Shown in pieces: positions 1 to 8,570 of a stretch of 59,256 nt of DNA (the first letter of the stretch is position 1; each line of letters starts with the position of its first letter). The translations under genes were made by a program, and so were the position numbers. The stretch is from a virus. Lineage: Duplodnaviria; Caudoviricetes. Location of the stretch: positions 1 to 59,256 of the IMG/VR virus record IMGVR_UViG_3300028025_001698. The stretch is one strand, 5' to 3'. Under the pieces are notes generated by a model that was not told where the DNA came from, did not search any database, and saw nothing but the letters and a program-made list of their open reading frames with translations.

Positions 1-2
1 CT

Positions 3-263
3 GCTCACATGGCAAATACTATCGTCAGCTTTAACGGTTCTTTTGGAGCAGTCCATGATAGCTTCAGTACACATGCGGATGAAGTTGATTTCCTACAAGA
101 AGTAACTAAGATGACATTCATAGCACAGTATGATGTAGAAAACTTCTTTAACATACTTCAAGATAACCTTATGGATAATAAGGATACCTTCACGTTTAAT
201 CAACCTGATCTAGGTAATCTAGAACTTTCTGATATAACTAACTCGGAGTATTTCTTTTGTTAA
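3..263 (+). CDS. T7-family single-subunit RNA polymerase, C-terminal part (5'-partial; continues 57685-59256)
   Basis: AHM...FGAVHDSFSTH matches motif C (T7 FALIHDSFGT). Ends in SEYFFC, the typical C-terminal foot. The frame is open from the window edge. Confidence 0.92.
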   Translation, partial: AHMANTIVSFNGSFGAVHDSFSTHADEVDFLQEVTKMTFIAQYDVENFFNILQDNLMDNKDTFTFNQPDLGNLELSDITNSEYFFC

Positions 264-336
264 CAACAGGATTATTAATACTTTTATTACTATGGCTAAT
301 AGTAATGCAATGAGTCGGTAACGAACCGTCTCGGTG

Positions 337-352
337 AGTCGGTACCTAATAC
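337..352 (+). promoter_or_regulatory. Phage RNAP promoter candidate AGTCGGTACCTAATAc
   Basis: 15/16 match to the recurrent motif. Intergenic, followed by a duplicated ACCTAATA and preceded by a hairpin at 312-332. Confidence 0.7.
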
Positions 353-370
353 CTAATATGAAAGGGAAAA

Positions 371-826
371 ATGAAAATAAAAAATCTTTATTATGTTTAT
401 AAACATATTGACCCTGATAACGGAGAAATCCTTTATGTAGGTATGGGTACTGGTTCTAGAGCATGGGCATCAGGGACTTCTAGCGGAAGCAGTAGGTCTA
501 ATGAACATGCTGCTTGGATTAGTGACAGGTATGAAGAGGGTTACACAATGAGTGATATTACTTTTGTAATGGAAACTTTGTTAACCAAAGAACAAGCTCT
601 TAGTATAGAGCTATCTTTAATTAAAGAATTAAAACCTAGGTTTAATAGGTTATCAAAAGACTTTGTTAATAAAAAATATACTAAAGAACAAGCAAAAGAA
701 GCCTTATCTCTTTTTAAAAGTGGTGTTAGGTATTGTGATATCCCAAGAGAACTCGGTTTAGAATCATCTAACATGAGTGTTCTTGGAAAACGTATGGTAG
801 AATCTGGAGAAAAATTTGAAGACTAA
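371..826 (+). CDS. GIY-YIG family homing endonuclease with probable C-terminal HTH
   Basis: YYVYKH...ILYVGMG...R and E...I...KPRFN signature. AT-rich, free-standing gene. Confidence 0.75.
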   Translation: MKIKNLYYVYKHIDPDNGEILYVGMGTGSRAWASGTSSGSSRSNEHAAWISDRYEEGYTMSDITFVMETLLTKEQALSIELSLIKELKPRFNRLSKDFVNKKYTKEQAKEALSLFKSGVRYCDIPRELGLESSNMSVLGKRMVESGEKFED

Positions 827-2705
827 TATGAACTCTTATCAGCAGCTGATTGCAAAATCGAGGTACGCTCGATACCTACCCGAACAAAAACGTAGGGAGA
901 ACTGGGATGAAACTTCTACTCGATGGGTAGACTTCTTTAAAGAACAGCTTAAAGACAAGATCAATACCCAAGATACTATCTGGGATATCTTAGGGACAAG
1001 CATTAATAACTTGTCAGTACTCCCATCTATGCGTTCTGTTATGACTGCTGGTGAAGCTCTTAAGCGTACACACGTAGCTGCATATAACTGTAGTTATCTT
1101 CCTGTAGATCATAAGCGTTGTTTCGATGAGGCTATGTATATCCTATTGTGTGGTACTGGTGTAGGCTTCTCATGTGAGCAAGTCTATACAAACAAATTAC
1201 CTACTGTACCTACATTAGAAGAATCAGATAAGATCATCACAGTAGAAGACTCTAAAGAAGGCTGGTGTGAGGCATATAAGTTGCTTATCAGTCGTTTATA
1301 TGCTGGCTCTATTCCCAAGTGGGATGTATCCTTAGTACGTCCAGCAGGTGCTCCACTTAAAACCTTTGGTGGTCGTGCCTCTGGTCCAGGACCCTTGATT
1401 GACTTGTTCCAGTATACTGTTAACAAGTTTAAGAATGCACAAGGTCGTCAGTTGAAGCCTATCGAGTGCCATGATATCATGTGTAAGATTGGTGAGGTAG
1501 TCGTTGTAGGTGGTGTACGTAGGTCAGCCATGATTTCCCTTGGTGACTTAGGTGACTATGATCATGCTACAGCTAAAGCAGGTGCATGGTGGGAAAACCA
1601 TGGTGAACGTGCATTGGCTAATAACTCTGCTGTATACAATAGTAAGCCTTCTATTGGTGAATTCATGAAGGAATGGTTAGATATCTATAACAGTCACTCA
1701 GGTGAACGTGGTATCTTTAACCGTGAAGCCTCACAGAAACAAGCTAACAAGTGGGGTCGTAGAGATATCAACACTGACTATGGTACTAATCCATGCTCAG
1801 AGATTATCCTTAAGCCATATCAGTTCTGTAACCTGTCTACAGTAGTTGTGTCTCCTGATGACACCGTTGCTTCCCTTAAAACTAAGGTTCGCTTGGCTAC
1901 TATTATGGGTACAATGCAGTCTACACTGACTGACTTCCCTTATCTTCGTGACATCTGGAAAAAGAATACAGAACAAGAGCGTCTCTTGGGTGTGTCTATG
2001 ACTGGTATCCTTGACAACCATATCCTCCGTGGTAGCAGTACACAGCATAACCTACGTAATGTCCTTGAAGAACTCCGTGATGTAGCCCGTGAAACTAATA
2101 AAGAGTGGGCAACTATCTTAGGTGTACCTGAATCAGCCGCTATTACTTGTGTTAAGCCTGAAGGTACTGTGTCACAACTTACACAGACATCTAGCGGTAT
2201 CCATGCTGGTCACGCACCATACTATATCAGACGTATTCGTCAGGATAAAAAAGACCCATTGACTCAGTTCTTGATTGACCAAGGTGTTCCTCATGAAGAC
2301 TGCGTTATGAAGCCAGACCAGACAGCTGTGTTTAGTTTCCCACAACAGTCACCAGGATTTACCCGTAAGGATATCAATGCTATTGAACACCTTAATATTT
2401 GGTTAGCATACCAACGTTTTTGGTGTGAGCATAAGCCTTCAGTAACTATCTCAGTTAAAGACCACGAGTGGATGGAAGTAGGCGCATGGGTATATGAACA
2501 CTTTGATGAGTGCACTGGAATTTCTTTCCTTCCTGATGATGGGGGTACTTATCGGCAAGCACCATACGAGAACACTGACGTTGAAACTTACCGTAATCTG
2601 CTTAACACCTTACCTGCTATTGAATGGGATCTCTTTATTGAAGACCGTGACAATGTAGAAGGTGTGCAGACTTTAAGTTGTGCCGCTGGCGGGTGTGAAA
2701 TCTAA
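816..2705 (+). CDS. nrdJ: Class II (adenosylcobalamin-dependent) ribonucleotide reductase
   Basis: YNCS, TNPCSEI, FCNL and KPEGTVSQL motifs, C-terminal CAAGGCEI cysteine pair, and no NrdB partner in the window. Confidence 0.92.
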   Translation: MKTNMNSYQQLIAKSRYARYLPEQKRRENWDETSTRWVDFFKEQLKDKINTQDTIWDILGTSINNLSVLPSMRSVMTAGEALKRTHVAAYNCSYLPVDHKRCFDEAMYILLCGTGVGFSCEQVYTNKLPTVPTLEESDKIITVEDSKEGWCEAYKLLISRLYAGSIPKWDVSLVRPAGAPLKTFGGRASGPGPLIDLFQYTVNKFKNAQGRQLKPIECHDIMCKIGEVVVVGGVRRSAMISLGDLGDYDHATAKAGAWWENHGERALANNSAVYNSKPSIGEFMKEWLDIYNSHSGERGIFNREASQKQANKWGRRDINTDYGTNPCSEIILKPYQFCNLSTVVVSPDDTVASLKTKVRLATIMGTMQSTLTDFPYLRDIWKKNTEQERLLGVSMTGILDNHILRGSSTQHNLRNVLEELRDVARETNKEWATILGVPESAAITCVKPEGTVSQLTQTSSGIHAGHAPYYIRRIRQDKKDPLTQFLIDQGVPHEDCVMKPDQTAVFSFPQQSPGFTRKDINAIEHLNIWLAYQRFWCEHKPSVTISVKDHEWMEVGAWVYEHFDECTGISFLPDDGGTYRQAPYENTDVETYRNLLNTLPAIEWDLFIEDRDNVEGVQTLSCAAGGCEI

Positions 2706-2720
2706 ATACAACTACTGGCT

Positions 2721-2736
2721 AGTCGGTACCTAATAG
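2721..2736 (+). promoter_or_regulatory. Phage RNAP promoter candidate AGTCGGTACCTAATAG
   Basis: Consensus copy, intergenic, running into the GGAGG RBS. Confidence 0.8.
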
Positions 2737-2748
2737 GAGGTATCAATT

Positions 2749-3177
2749 ATGATTGGTCAGAAATTTAATAAGTGGACTGTGGTTGAGTTTGATTCTAAAA
2801 CAAAAAACCACAATTCACTTTACAAATGTATATGTGAATGCGGAAAAGAAAGCATTGTAAAGGATTCTAATTTACGAACAGGTAAATCAAAGCAATGTAA
2901 GTCTTGTTCTGCTAAAATTAATGGGCGTAAAGGTTTAGATGCTCAATCTAAACAACATCTGTATTTCATTCGTTGTGGTGATTATATTAAAATTGGATCT
3001 ACAGATGATATAGAAAGAAGAATTAAAAATTTAAAACATGCTAACCCATATCCAATAGAGCTTATAAAAATTATGCTGAATGAAGGTCACTTAGAATCAA
3101 AATACCATGATCAATACAAAGATAAACGAATCCACGGTGAGTGGTTTAACATGAAAGAGTTAAATGAAACTACTTAA
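2749..3177 (+). CDS. T5orf172/GIY-YIG superfamily homing endonuclease with N-terminal Cys-rich domain
   Basis: GQKFNKWTV...CICECG...CKSC, then LYFIR...IKIGSTDDIERRIKNL...GEWF. Confidence 0.75.
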   Translation: MIGQKFNKWTVVEFDSKTKNHNSLYKCICECGKESIVKDSNLRTGKSKQCKSCSAKINGRKGLDAQSKQHLYFIRCGDYIKIGSTDDIERRIKNLKHANPYPIELIKIMLNEGHLESKYHDQYKDKRIHGEWFNMKELNETT

Positions 3178-3418
3178 ATTCTCTGCAGCATGGTGTCAAC
3201 CATGTAAGCAACTAGATGCATTCCTAGCAGAAGCCTTGTTAGAATATCCTGAGATTGAACTTGTGAGTATGCCTATTGAAGACAATAAAGATTCAGTATC
3301 ATACTACGGTATCCGTACAGTACCCACTATGATTATGGTTGATGACAATGATCAGGTACTCAGGACTTCTGTAGGCTTTATACCTACTAAGGTTAAACCT
3401 TTTTTAGCAGGTACCTAA
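3164..3418 (+). CDS. Thioredoxin
   Basis: FSAAWCQPCK active site and IRTVPT cis-Pro loop; lies next to the RNR. Confidence 0.9.
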   Translation: MKLLKFSAAWCQPCKQLDAFLAEALLEYPEIELVSMPIEDNKDSVSYYGIRTVPTMIMVDDNDQVLRTSVGFIPTKVKPFLAGT

Positions 3419-3421
3419 TAG
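3406..3421 (+). promoter_or_regulatory. Phage RNAP promoter candidate AGcaGGTACCTAATAG
   Basis: 14/16 match; ends 3 nt before the tRNA gene. Confidence 0.7.
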
Positions 3422-3424
3422 AAA

Positions 3425-3496
3425 AGCGGGGTAGCTCAGTAGAAGAGCGCTGGACTCATAATCCAGAGGTCAGAGGTGCGACTCCTTTCCCCGCAA
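3425..3496 (+). tRNA. tRNA with CAT anticodon (Met/fMet, or Ile2), atypical
   Basis: Cloverleaf: GCGGGG/CCCCGC acceptor with 1:72 mismatch, GCTC/GAGC D-stem, CTGGA-CTCATAA-TCCAG anticodon arm, AGAGG-TGCGACT-CCTTT T-arm. No encoded CCA. Confidence 0.85.
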
Positions 3497-3540
3497 CCCT
3501 CGGTCCGACTCTACCGATACGGAGTCACAGACAAAATGAC

Positions 3541-3614
3541 AGTGGTATAATTCAACTGGTAGAATCGAGGATGTATAAGCTTCGGGATGTGGCGTTCGAA
3601 CCCCACTACCACTC
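3541..3614 (+). tRNA. Degenerate tRNA or tRNA-like element, nominal anticodon TAT (Ile)
   Basis: AGTGGTA/TACCACT acceptor, ATTC/GAAT D-stem and TTCGAAC T-loop are intact. The anticodon arm is imperfect (G33, 31:39 mismatch) and the T-stem has a bulge. Confidence 0.55.
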
Positions 3615-3632
3615 TCTAATCAAGGACACAAC

Positions 3633-3965
3633 ATGGCTAAAGTAAAACACCCTAAGTATTATTCAAGGAAGTTCCTTAATAAAACTAGTGGTACAGCATT
3701 AATTGAAATTAGGGCAGATATCAGTGCTTATTCTATGGATGGTACTATATGTATATCTGACTGTTATCGTAAGACAGAATTAGATATGCACATATATGAT
3801 AAGAAATCATTAAAAGAAAAGTCTGATAAGCTAGACTTATTAATTAAAGAGTTAAATTTATATAAAGATTTTATAAATAATAATGCCGATTATTATTTTA
3901 AATTAAAAGAAAATAATAAAGATAAAAGCTTATTAGCATTATTAAATGAGGATGAAGATGATTAA
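3633..3965 (+). CDS. Hypothetical protein
   Basis: 110-aa ORF with AAGGA RBS. Confidence 0.7.
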   Translation: MAKVKHPKYYSRKFLNKTSGTALIEIRADISAYSMDGTICISDCYRKTELDMHIYDKKSLKEKSDKLDLLIKELNLYKDFINNNADYYFKLKENNKDKSLLALLNEDEDD

Positions 3966-4155
3966 TGAACATGATATCATGGATTTATGTCCTGATTACT
4001 ATAAAACTCAGGAAGAAATCCTGCATGATGACAGAGCCTATTGGTACGACATTGAGCTACAGGGGCTAAAGCTTCCTGAGGTATGGGGTAAGTATATCTT
4101 AGGTGAAAATGTTAGATCCTACGAGTTTAATATTAGCAAAGGCTATTATGGGTAA
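3958..4155 (+). CDS. Hypothetical protein
   Basis: ORF coupled to neighbours; GAGG RBS before ATG 3958. Confidence 0.55.
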   Translation: MINEHDIMDLCPDYYKTQEEILHDDRAYWYDIELQGLKLPEVWGKYILGENVRSYEFNISKGYYG

Positions 4156-4294
4156 GGGTAGCGGTCGTAGACCAACCGATGAAAACAAGTTCCAAAGTAA
4201 TTATGACCTGATCTTTGGTAAAAAACCACCTGAAGGTCAGGATAAAGAGAAGGAAAAACAAGATGGCAATGACACCACCCCAACCAAAGAATAA
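4148..4294 (+). CDS. Small hypothetical protein (MGKGSGRRP...NYDLIFGK type)
   Basis: AAAGG RBS before ATG 4148; resembles a small-protein pattern common in aquatic phages. Confidence 0.6.
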   Translation: MGKGSGRRPTDENKFQSNYDLIFGKKPPEGQDKEKEKQDGNDTTPTKE

Positions 4295-4739
4295 TAGTTT
4301 GATTACACAGCTTACTGAATTGTATGCTAATAACTTTGTAACATACTATAAGTCACATGGATACCACTTCAATGTTGAAGGTCCAATGTTTGCTCAAGAC
4401 CATGCACTACTAGAAGAGATTTATGATTTTCTTTGGGCGCAACATGATATGCTCGGAGAACAAATCCGTCAAATGGATAAAGGAGTACCATGTTCTCTTA
4501 AAGAAATCCTTGGTATGACTGAGATTGTAGAATGCGATTCAGCAAAGAAACCTAGTAAAGAAATGTTTACGTGGTTGAATGAAGACTTTAATTGCTTGAT
4601 TGAGTATGCACAACAACTATATGATGATGCTGATATGCAGAGTTATGGTGGTCTTGCTACTTTAATTGGTGACTATATTAAAGACTTATCTAAGTTAAAT
4701 TGGAAAGTTAAAGCTACTATTGGAAAGAGTTTTAAATGA
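4263..4739 (+). CDS. dps: Dps/ferritin-like protein
   Basis: HGYHFNVEGPMF...H...EEIY...DMLGEQIR and KLNWK match the Dps ferroxidase signature. Confidence 0.88.
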   Translation: MAMTPPQPKNNSLITQLTELYANNFVTYYKSHGYHFNVEGPMFAQDHALLEEIYDFLWAQHDMLGEQIRQMDKGVPCSLKEILGMTEIVECDSAKKPSKEMFTWLNEDFNCLIEYAQQLYDDADMQSYGGLATLIGDYIKDLSKLNWKVKATIGKSFK

Positions 4740-5017
4740 AATCATATAACGTACAAGCATTAAGAGGTCATGATTATGATGATCATGACTTTCAAATAGA
4801 TATGCGGGATGTTGGTATTAATATCCCTGATAATGTTCTTTATACTAAAGACCTTGGTCCTTATGTAATTAATGAGGTATATAAACAAAGCTCAACAGGC
4901 TTAGTTGATGTTCTTAACGACAAAACAGGTATGCTTTATACCAAGGCAGAAGCTGAAGAAACTGCTAAGAGTAATAAATCACAAGCATTAGATATGTATA
5001 ACCAGCTATTAAGCTAA
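4736..5017 (+). CDS. Hypothetical protein
   Basis: 93-aa ORF with ATGA overlap to dps; ends at the terminator. Confidence 0.7.
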   Translation: MKSYNVQALRGHDYDDHDFQIDMRDVGINIPDNVLYTKDLGPYVINEVYKQSSTGLVDVLNDKTGMLYTKAEAEETAKSNKSQALDMYNQLLS

Positions 5018-5068
5018 AAAAAAAAAATAACCCCTACTAGGATAATTCCTAATAGGGGTTTTTTATTT
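5016..5068. terminator. Bidirectional intrinsic terminator between the convergent arms
   Basis: AACCCCTACTAGGA-TAAT-TCCTAATAGGGGTT stem flanked by an A-tract and a T-tract. Confidence 0.9.
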
Positions 5069-5069
5069 G

Positions 5070-8000
5070 TCAGGTAAAGAAGTAAATCATTCCCTTGTTG
5101 CCTCGTGCTTTAAGTTCTTTTAAGAATGCATCACGTTTGTCTTTATATTTTAAACTATCCCAAGCATATATGCCTGAATATTTTGAATTAAAATTATAAT
5201 ACATATACATATTATCTGCTAAAGATTTTGCCTGTTGTTTTGTAATACGAGTAGATTCAGGTCTATCAGGACCCGGAGGTGTATAACCTGAAGATTTACT
5301 TTCAAGAAATTCTTTCAATTTCTTTTGGTAATCTGCTAACTCATTTGGCTTTTTATCTTTTAGATATTTGTATTCACGATCAATAGTAGTAAACATACCT
5401 TTGTAAGGTGATCCTGGACCAATTACAATCTCATCATTACGCATCATTTCAGGAACAGCTTCCCTGAGTTGCTTCATAAAGTCAGTAGTAAAACCTTTAG
5501 CCATGTTCCACTCAAACACTTTGGGAGCTACAATATTGTTAGCTACATAGTGAACAAAGGGATAACTCATAGAGTCAACAATAAAATTATCAAACACAGG
5601 AATAATAAAGCTAGAGTCTGCTGGTGTTTTATTACCATTAAGTAACCTTGCTGTCTCAGCAATAATAATTGACTCACGGTATTGACCAAATGTAGGACCA
5701 ACTTGGTTAACTGCTCCAGATCCTTCTTCAGGTATAAACAAAGACCCATCGTCTAACCTTAAGCCTTTAGCTTTAGCTGGTGCTAGAGGGTTAAACATTC
5801 TGGCAGTTTCCATTATACGTCTTCGTATACCTTCTGCACCTTTAATCTGAACAATATTTCCTGTAGGTTCAGTACCAAATCTACCAATAGAAATGTTTTC
5901 ATTATAGTAACCAATTGGCTTAGGAACTCGACCAAACATTTGTAGATACCTGACCATCTTTTTAGGTAATACATATTGCCAAGAGTCAGTTGTCTGTTTT
6001 AAAGTTGATTTATAAATTTCATTAATGTCTTTAGCTAAAGCATTAACGTCACCATTATAAAACCTTACTGCTTCATCCCTAAATTCAGGATGACTCTTTA
6101 AGAAAGCTTGGGCTTCTGCAATGTGGTAATTAGCTGGCTTACCATAGTCGGTAGTCATCAAGACTTTCTTTGAGAAGTCTTTATTGAATTGTTTATTACC
6201 AGCAACCCCTGCACCACCATACTTAGCAAGTAGAATTTTAAAGTTTTCAACCTTATCTGGTTGACTATCTCCAAAAGCAGAAGAAATACCTTGATCTAAA
6301 GCTACTGTTGTAAAGTAATATCGTGGATCACCCTTTTCATTAGGTAACGTATCGGTAAATAAATCACCAACTTTGTCAATAAACTTATCCCATACCAAAC
6401 CAACACGGCTTAAGATATCCATGTTACCAACGTCAGAAGCTAAGAAAGAACGACCAGCTGAGTTCATATCAAGAGCTACAGTAACCCTTGGAGTAAAAGG
6501 AGTTCCATTCAACTTAGAGTCTAAGTAATTAGCAGCATCAAGATAAGCTTGAAGCTTGTAACCCCAGTCATCTCTATCTGCTTCTTTAAGGAAATTATCT
6601 AATGCACCCTTTTGAGCAGGAGTAAGCTTTTCAATAAGACCTTCTGGTTTACCTAAGGCATTAACAACTTCACGGGTATTGTTAGGAACAATGCTACGTA
6701 ACAATCTACCTTTTGCAGCAGCCTCAGCAATAAACTCTGGTGTTACTGTTTGTAACAAGTCAGGTAACAAAATAGATTCAGATGACATACCTGCAGACCT
6801 ACTTGAGTCAAGCACACGACCAAGTGTTGTAAGGAAGCTTAATTCTTTTTCATCTGCTGACAAAGTAAAATTATTATTTCTTGCTTTACCTGCAATCCTA
6901 CTAAAGAAACCTTCAGCAGTTGCTTTGTTAACCCCTGTATTATGGAAGTTACTATTAAGCATAATAGGAGCAGACTTACCTACAGTTAATGCACGAGTCC
7001 ACTTATTACGTTGTGGATTAAAGTCAGTTGCATCCTGATACATTCGGTGTGTTGCATAGTCTTCCCAATAAGTAGAGAACTGTGGACCACCATAAGCCAC
7101 ATGCTTTGCCATGTCACCTAACTCAGTCTGAAGGTTGTTTACTTTTTGATCAATAACTTCTGCCGCTGTTTTGTTTCCATTAACAGAAGCATCTTGAATG
7201 TCTTCTTCAGATACCTTTAACAAGCCCATAACATTTAATTGTGCTGGACTAGTTGGATTCATTACATGACCGAGAATAGCTTCATTAAACAAAGCAGCAA
7301 AGTAAGCTTTAACAGGAGAAATAAATAAGGGTACTTTAGCTACAGCACCTTTGGCCTCAGCCATTTCTTTGGTAACAGTATACTCTTGCTTTTTCTTATC
7401 CATTTCACGGACGTCTTGCAACGCACCTTGATAAGCACCTGTCTCTGTTGGAGGAGCCTTTTGAGCTTTTCCTGACAATGCACCAGTAACACTACGTTGC
7501 ATGCCTTTGCTTTTGTATCTCAACTCAGCACCTAAGCCTGGACTTAACCTGAGAATCTCAGTACCTTGTGGATCAACATCCTCAATTAAGTATCCCTTAT
7601 CAACTAGCGCTTGGCTAATAGTTGCACCAGCTGCTTCATTAGAAATGTTTTGATTAATAGCTTGAGAGTTACCAACAAAAGTTTCTTCTCCTGCACCTTT
7701 AGATAACTTTTTAAACAAACGACCTAGGTTCTTCTCAACCATGTCCCGTTTAAGACCACCGTTAACAGCTACTTTACTTAGCGGACCATCACCATCATCC
7801 ATCAACATTTGATCTAAGCCACTGATATCAGAGTTGTCTTCAGCAGACATGATTTCACCGTCTTTTTGATTTGCAGCACCTGACAACATAGGAGCTAACA
7901 AAATAAAAGAAGTAGTAGCTGCATTACCAACTTGTTTAGTATCTAAACCAGTACCTTGTTTAAGGTAAGTAAGACCGTTAAGTTGTGCATTAGAAGTTGT

Positions 8001-8570
8001 TCCTTCTTTATACAAACCTACACTTAAATCGTTTAAACCATTAGCAATGTTCATAGCAGTACGAACAATAGCACCTGCTTCAGTAGCCTGAACTGCACCA
8101 TCACCATAAGCAGTCCTAATTCCTTCTTCATTTTCCCAACGAGAAGGATCAAGGATTTTCCTTGCTTCCATTTGACTGTTACGTTCTTCTTGAAGCTTGC
8201 TATAGTAGTCTTCGTTAGTACTTTCACCAGCAAAAGTATCCATACCAAAGCCACCATCCTCTTGAGGGGCTTCAGTCATCTCTGGCATGTCATCAATAGG
8301 TTGTTGAGTAGGAATTAATTCCTCTGCTGGCATACGAACATCAGTACCCGCTAGTAGCCTTGCATCAGGAGGTAATCCAGATAACCTTCTTGCAGGAACA
8401 AACTCTTCTTCTTCACCAAATATCAATGATGGATTAGGAATTGTTTGTTGTTCAGGTGGTGGAGGAGCATTCATACGAGCATTAGCTTCGTTGATTTGCT
8501 GTTGAAGTAAATCGTCTGCAATACGTGGTATTGTAGGTACGTTAACCTTTGTATTAATATTAATCGCCAT
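5070..8570 (-). CDS. Putative virion-encapsidated single-subunit RNA polymerase (divergent T7/N4 family)
   Basis: YWEDYATHRMY...FNPQ (DxxGR region), VALDMNSAG (motif A, D701), KDFSKKVLMTTDYG (motif B, K801/Y809), GPTFGQYRES (PNFVHS-like), IIPVFDNF (motif C, D994), C-terminal YFFT. Last gene of the ejection module. Confidence 0.82.
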   Translation of the reverse strand: MAININTKVNVPTIPRIADDLLQQQINEANARMNAPPPPEQQTIPNPSLIFGEEEEFVPARRLSGLPPDARLLAGTDVRMPAEELIPTQQPIDDMPEMTEAPQEDGGFGMDTFAGESTNEDYYSKLQEERNSQMEARKILDPSRWENEEGIRTAYGDGAVQATEAGAIVRTAMNIANGLNDLSVGLYKEGTTSNAQLNGLTYLKQGTGLDTKQVGNAATTSFILLAPMLSGAANQKDGEIMSAEDNSDISGLDQMLMDDGDGPLSKVAVNGGLKRDMVEKNLGRLFKKLSKGAGEETFVGNSQAINQNISNEAAGATISQALVDKGYLIEDVDPQGTEILRLSPGLGAELRYKSKGMQRSVTGALSGKAQKAPPTETGAYQGALQDVREMDKKKQEYTVTKEMAEAKGAVAKVPLFISPVKAYFAALFNEAILGHVMNPTSPAQLNVMGLLKVSEEDIQDASVNGNKTAAEVIDQKVNNLQTELGDMAKHVAYGGPQFSTYWEDYATHRMYQDATDFNPQRNKWTRALTVGKSAPIMLNSNFHNTGVNKATAEGFFSRIAGKARNNNFTLSADEKELSFLTTLGRVLDSSRSAGMSSESILLPDLLQTVTPEFIAEAAAKGRLLRSIVPNNTREVVNALGKPEGLIEKLTPAQKGALDNFLKEADRDDWGYKLQAYLDAANYLDSKLNGTPFTPRVTVALDMNSAGRSFLASDVGNMDILSRVGLVWDKFIDKVGDLFTDTLPNEKGDPRYYFTTVALDQGISSAFGDSQPDKVENFKILLAKYGGAGVAGNKQFNKDFSKKVLMTTDYGKPANYHIAEAQAFLKSHPEFRDEAVRFYNGDVNALAKDINEIYKSTLKQTTDSWQYVLPKKMVRYLQMFGRVPKPIGYYNENISIGRFGTEPTGNIVQIKGAEGIRRRIMETARMFNPLAPAKAKGLRLDDGSLFIPEEGSGAVNQVGPTFGQYRESIIIAETARLLNGNKTPADSSFIIPVFDNFIVDSMSYPFVHYVANNIVAPKVFEWNMAKGFTTDFMKQLREAVPEMMRNDEIVIGPGSPYKGMFTTIDREYKYLKDKKPNELADYQKKLKEFLESKSSGYTPPGPDRPESTRITKQQAKSLADNMYMYYNFNSKYSGIYAWDSLKYKDKRDAFLKELKARGNKGMIYFFT

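Noticed and set aside
816-2705. Intron or intein in nrdJ (also checked polymerase, helicase and terL)
   Set aside because: The ORFs are continuous and of ordinary length; the endonucleases are free-standing.
5016-5027. A12 homopolymer as a phase-variation tract
   Set aside because: Essentially intergenic and explained as the U-tract of the - strand terminator. Its length may be a sequencing artefact.
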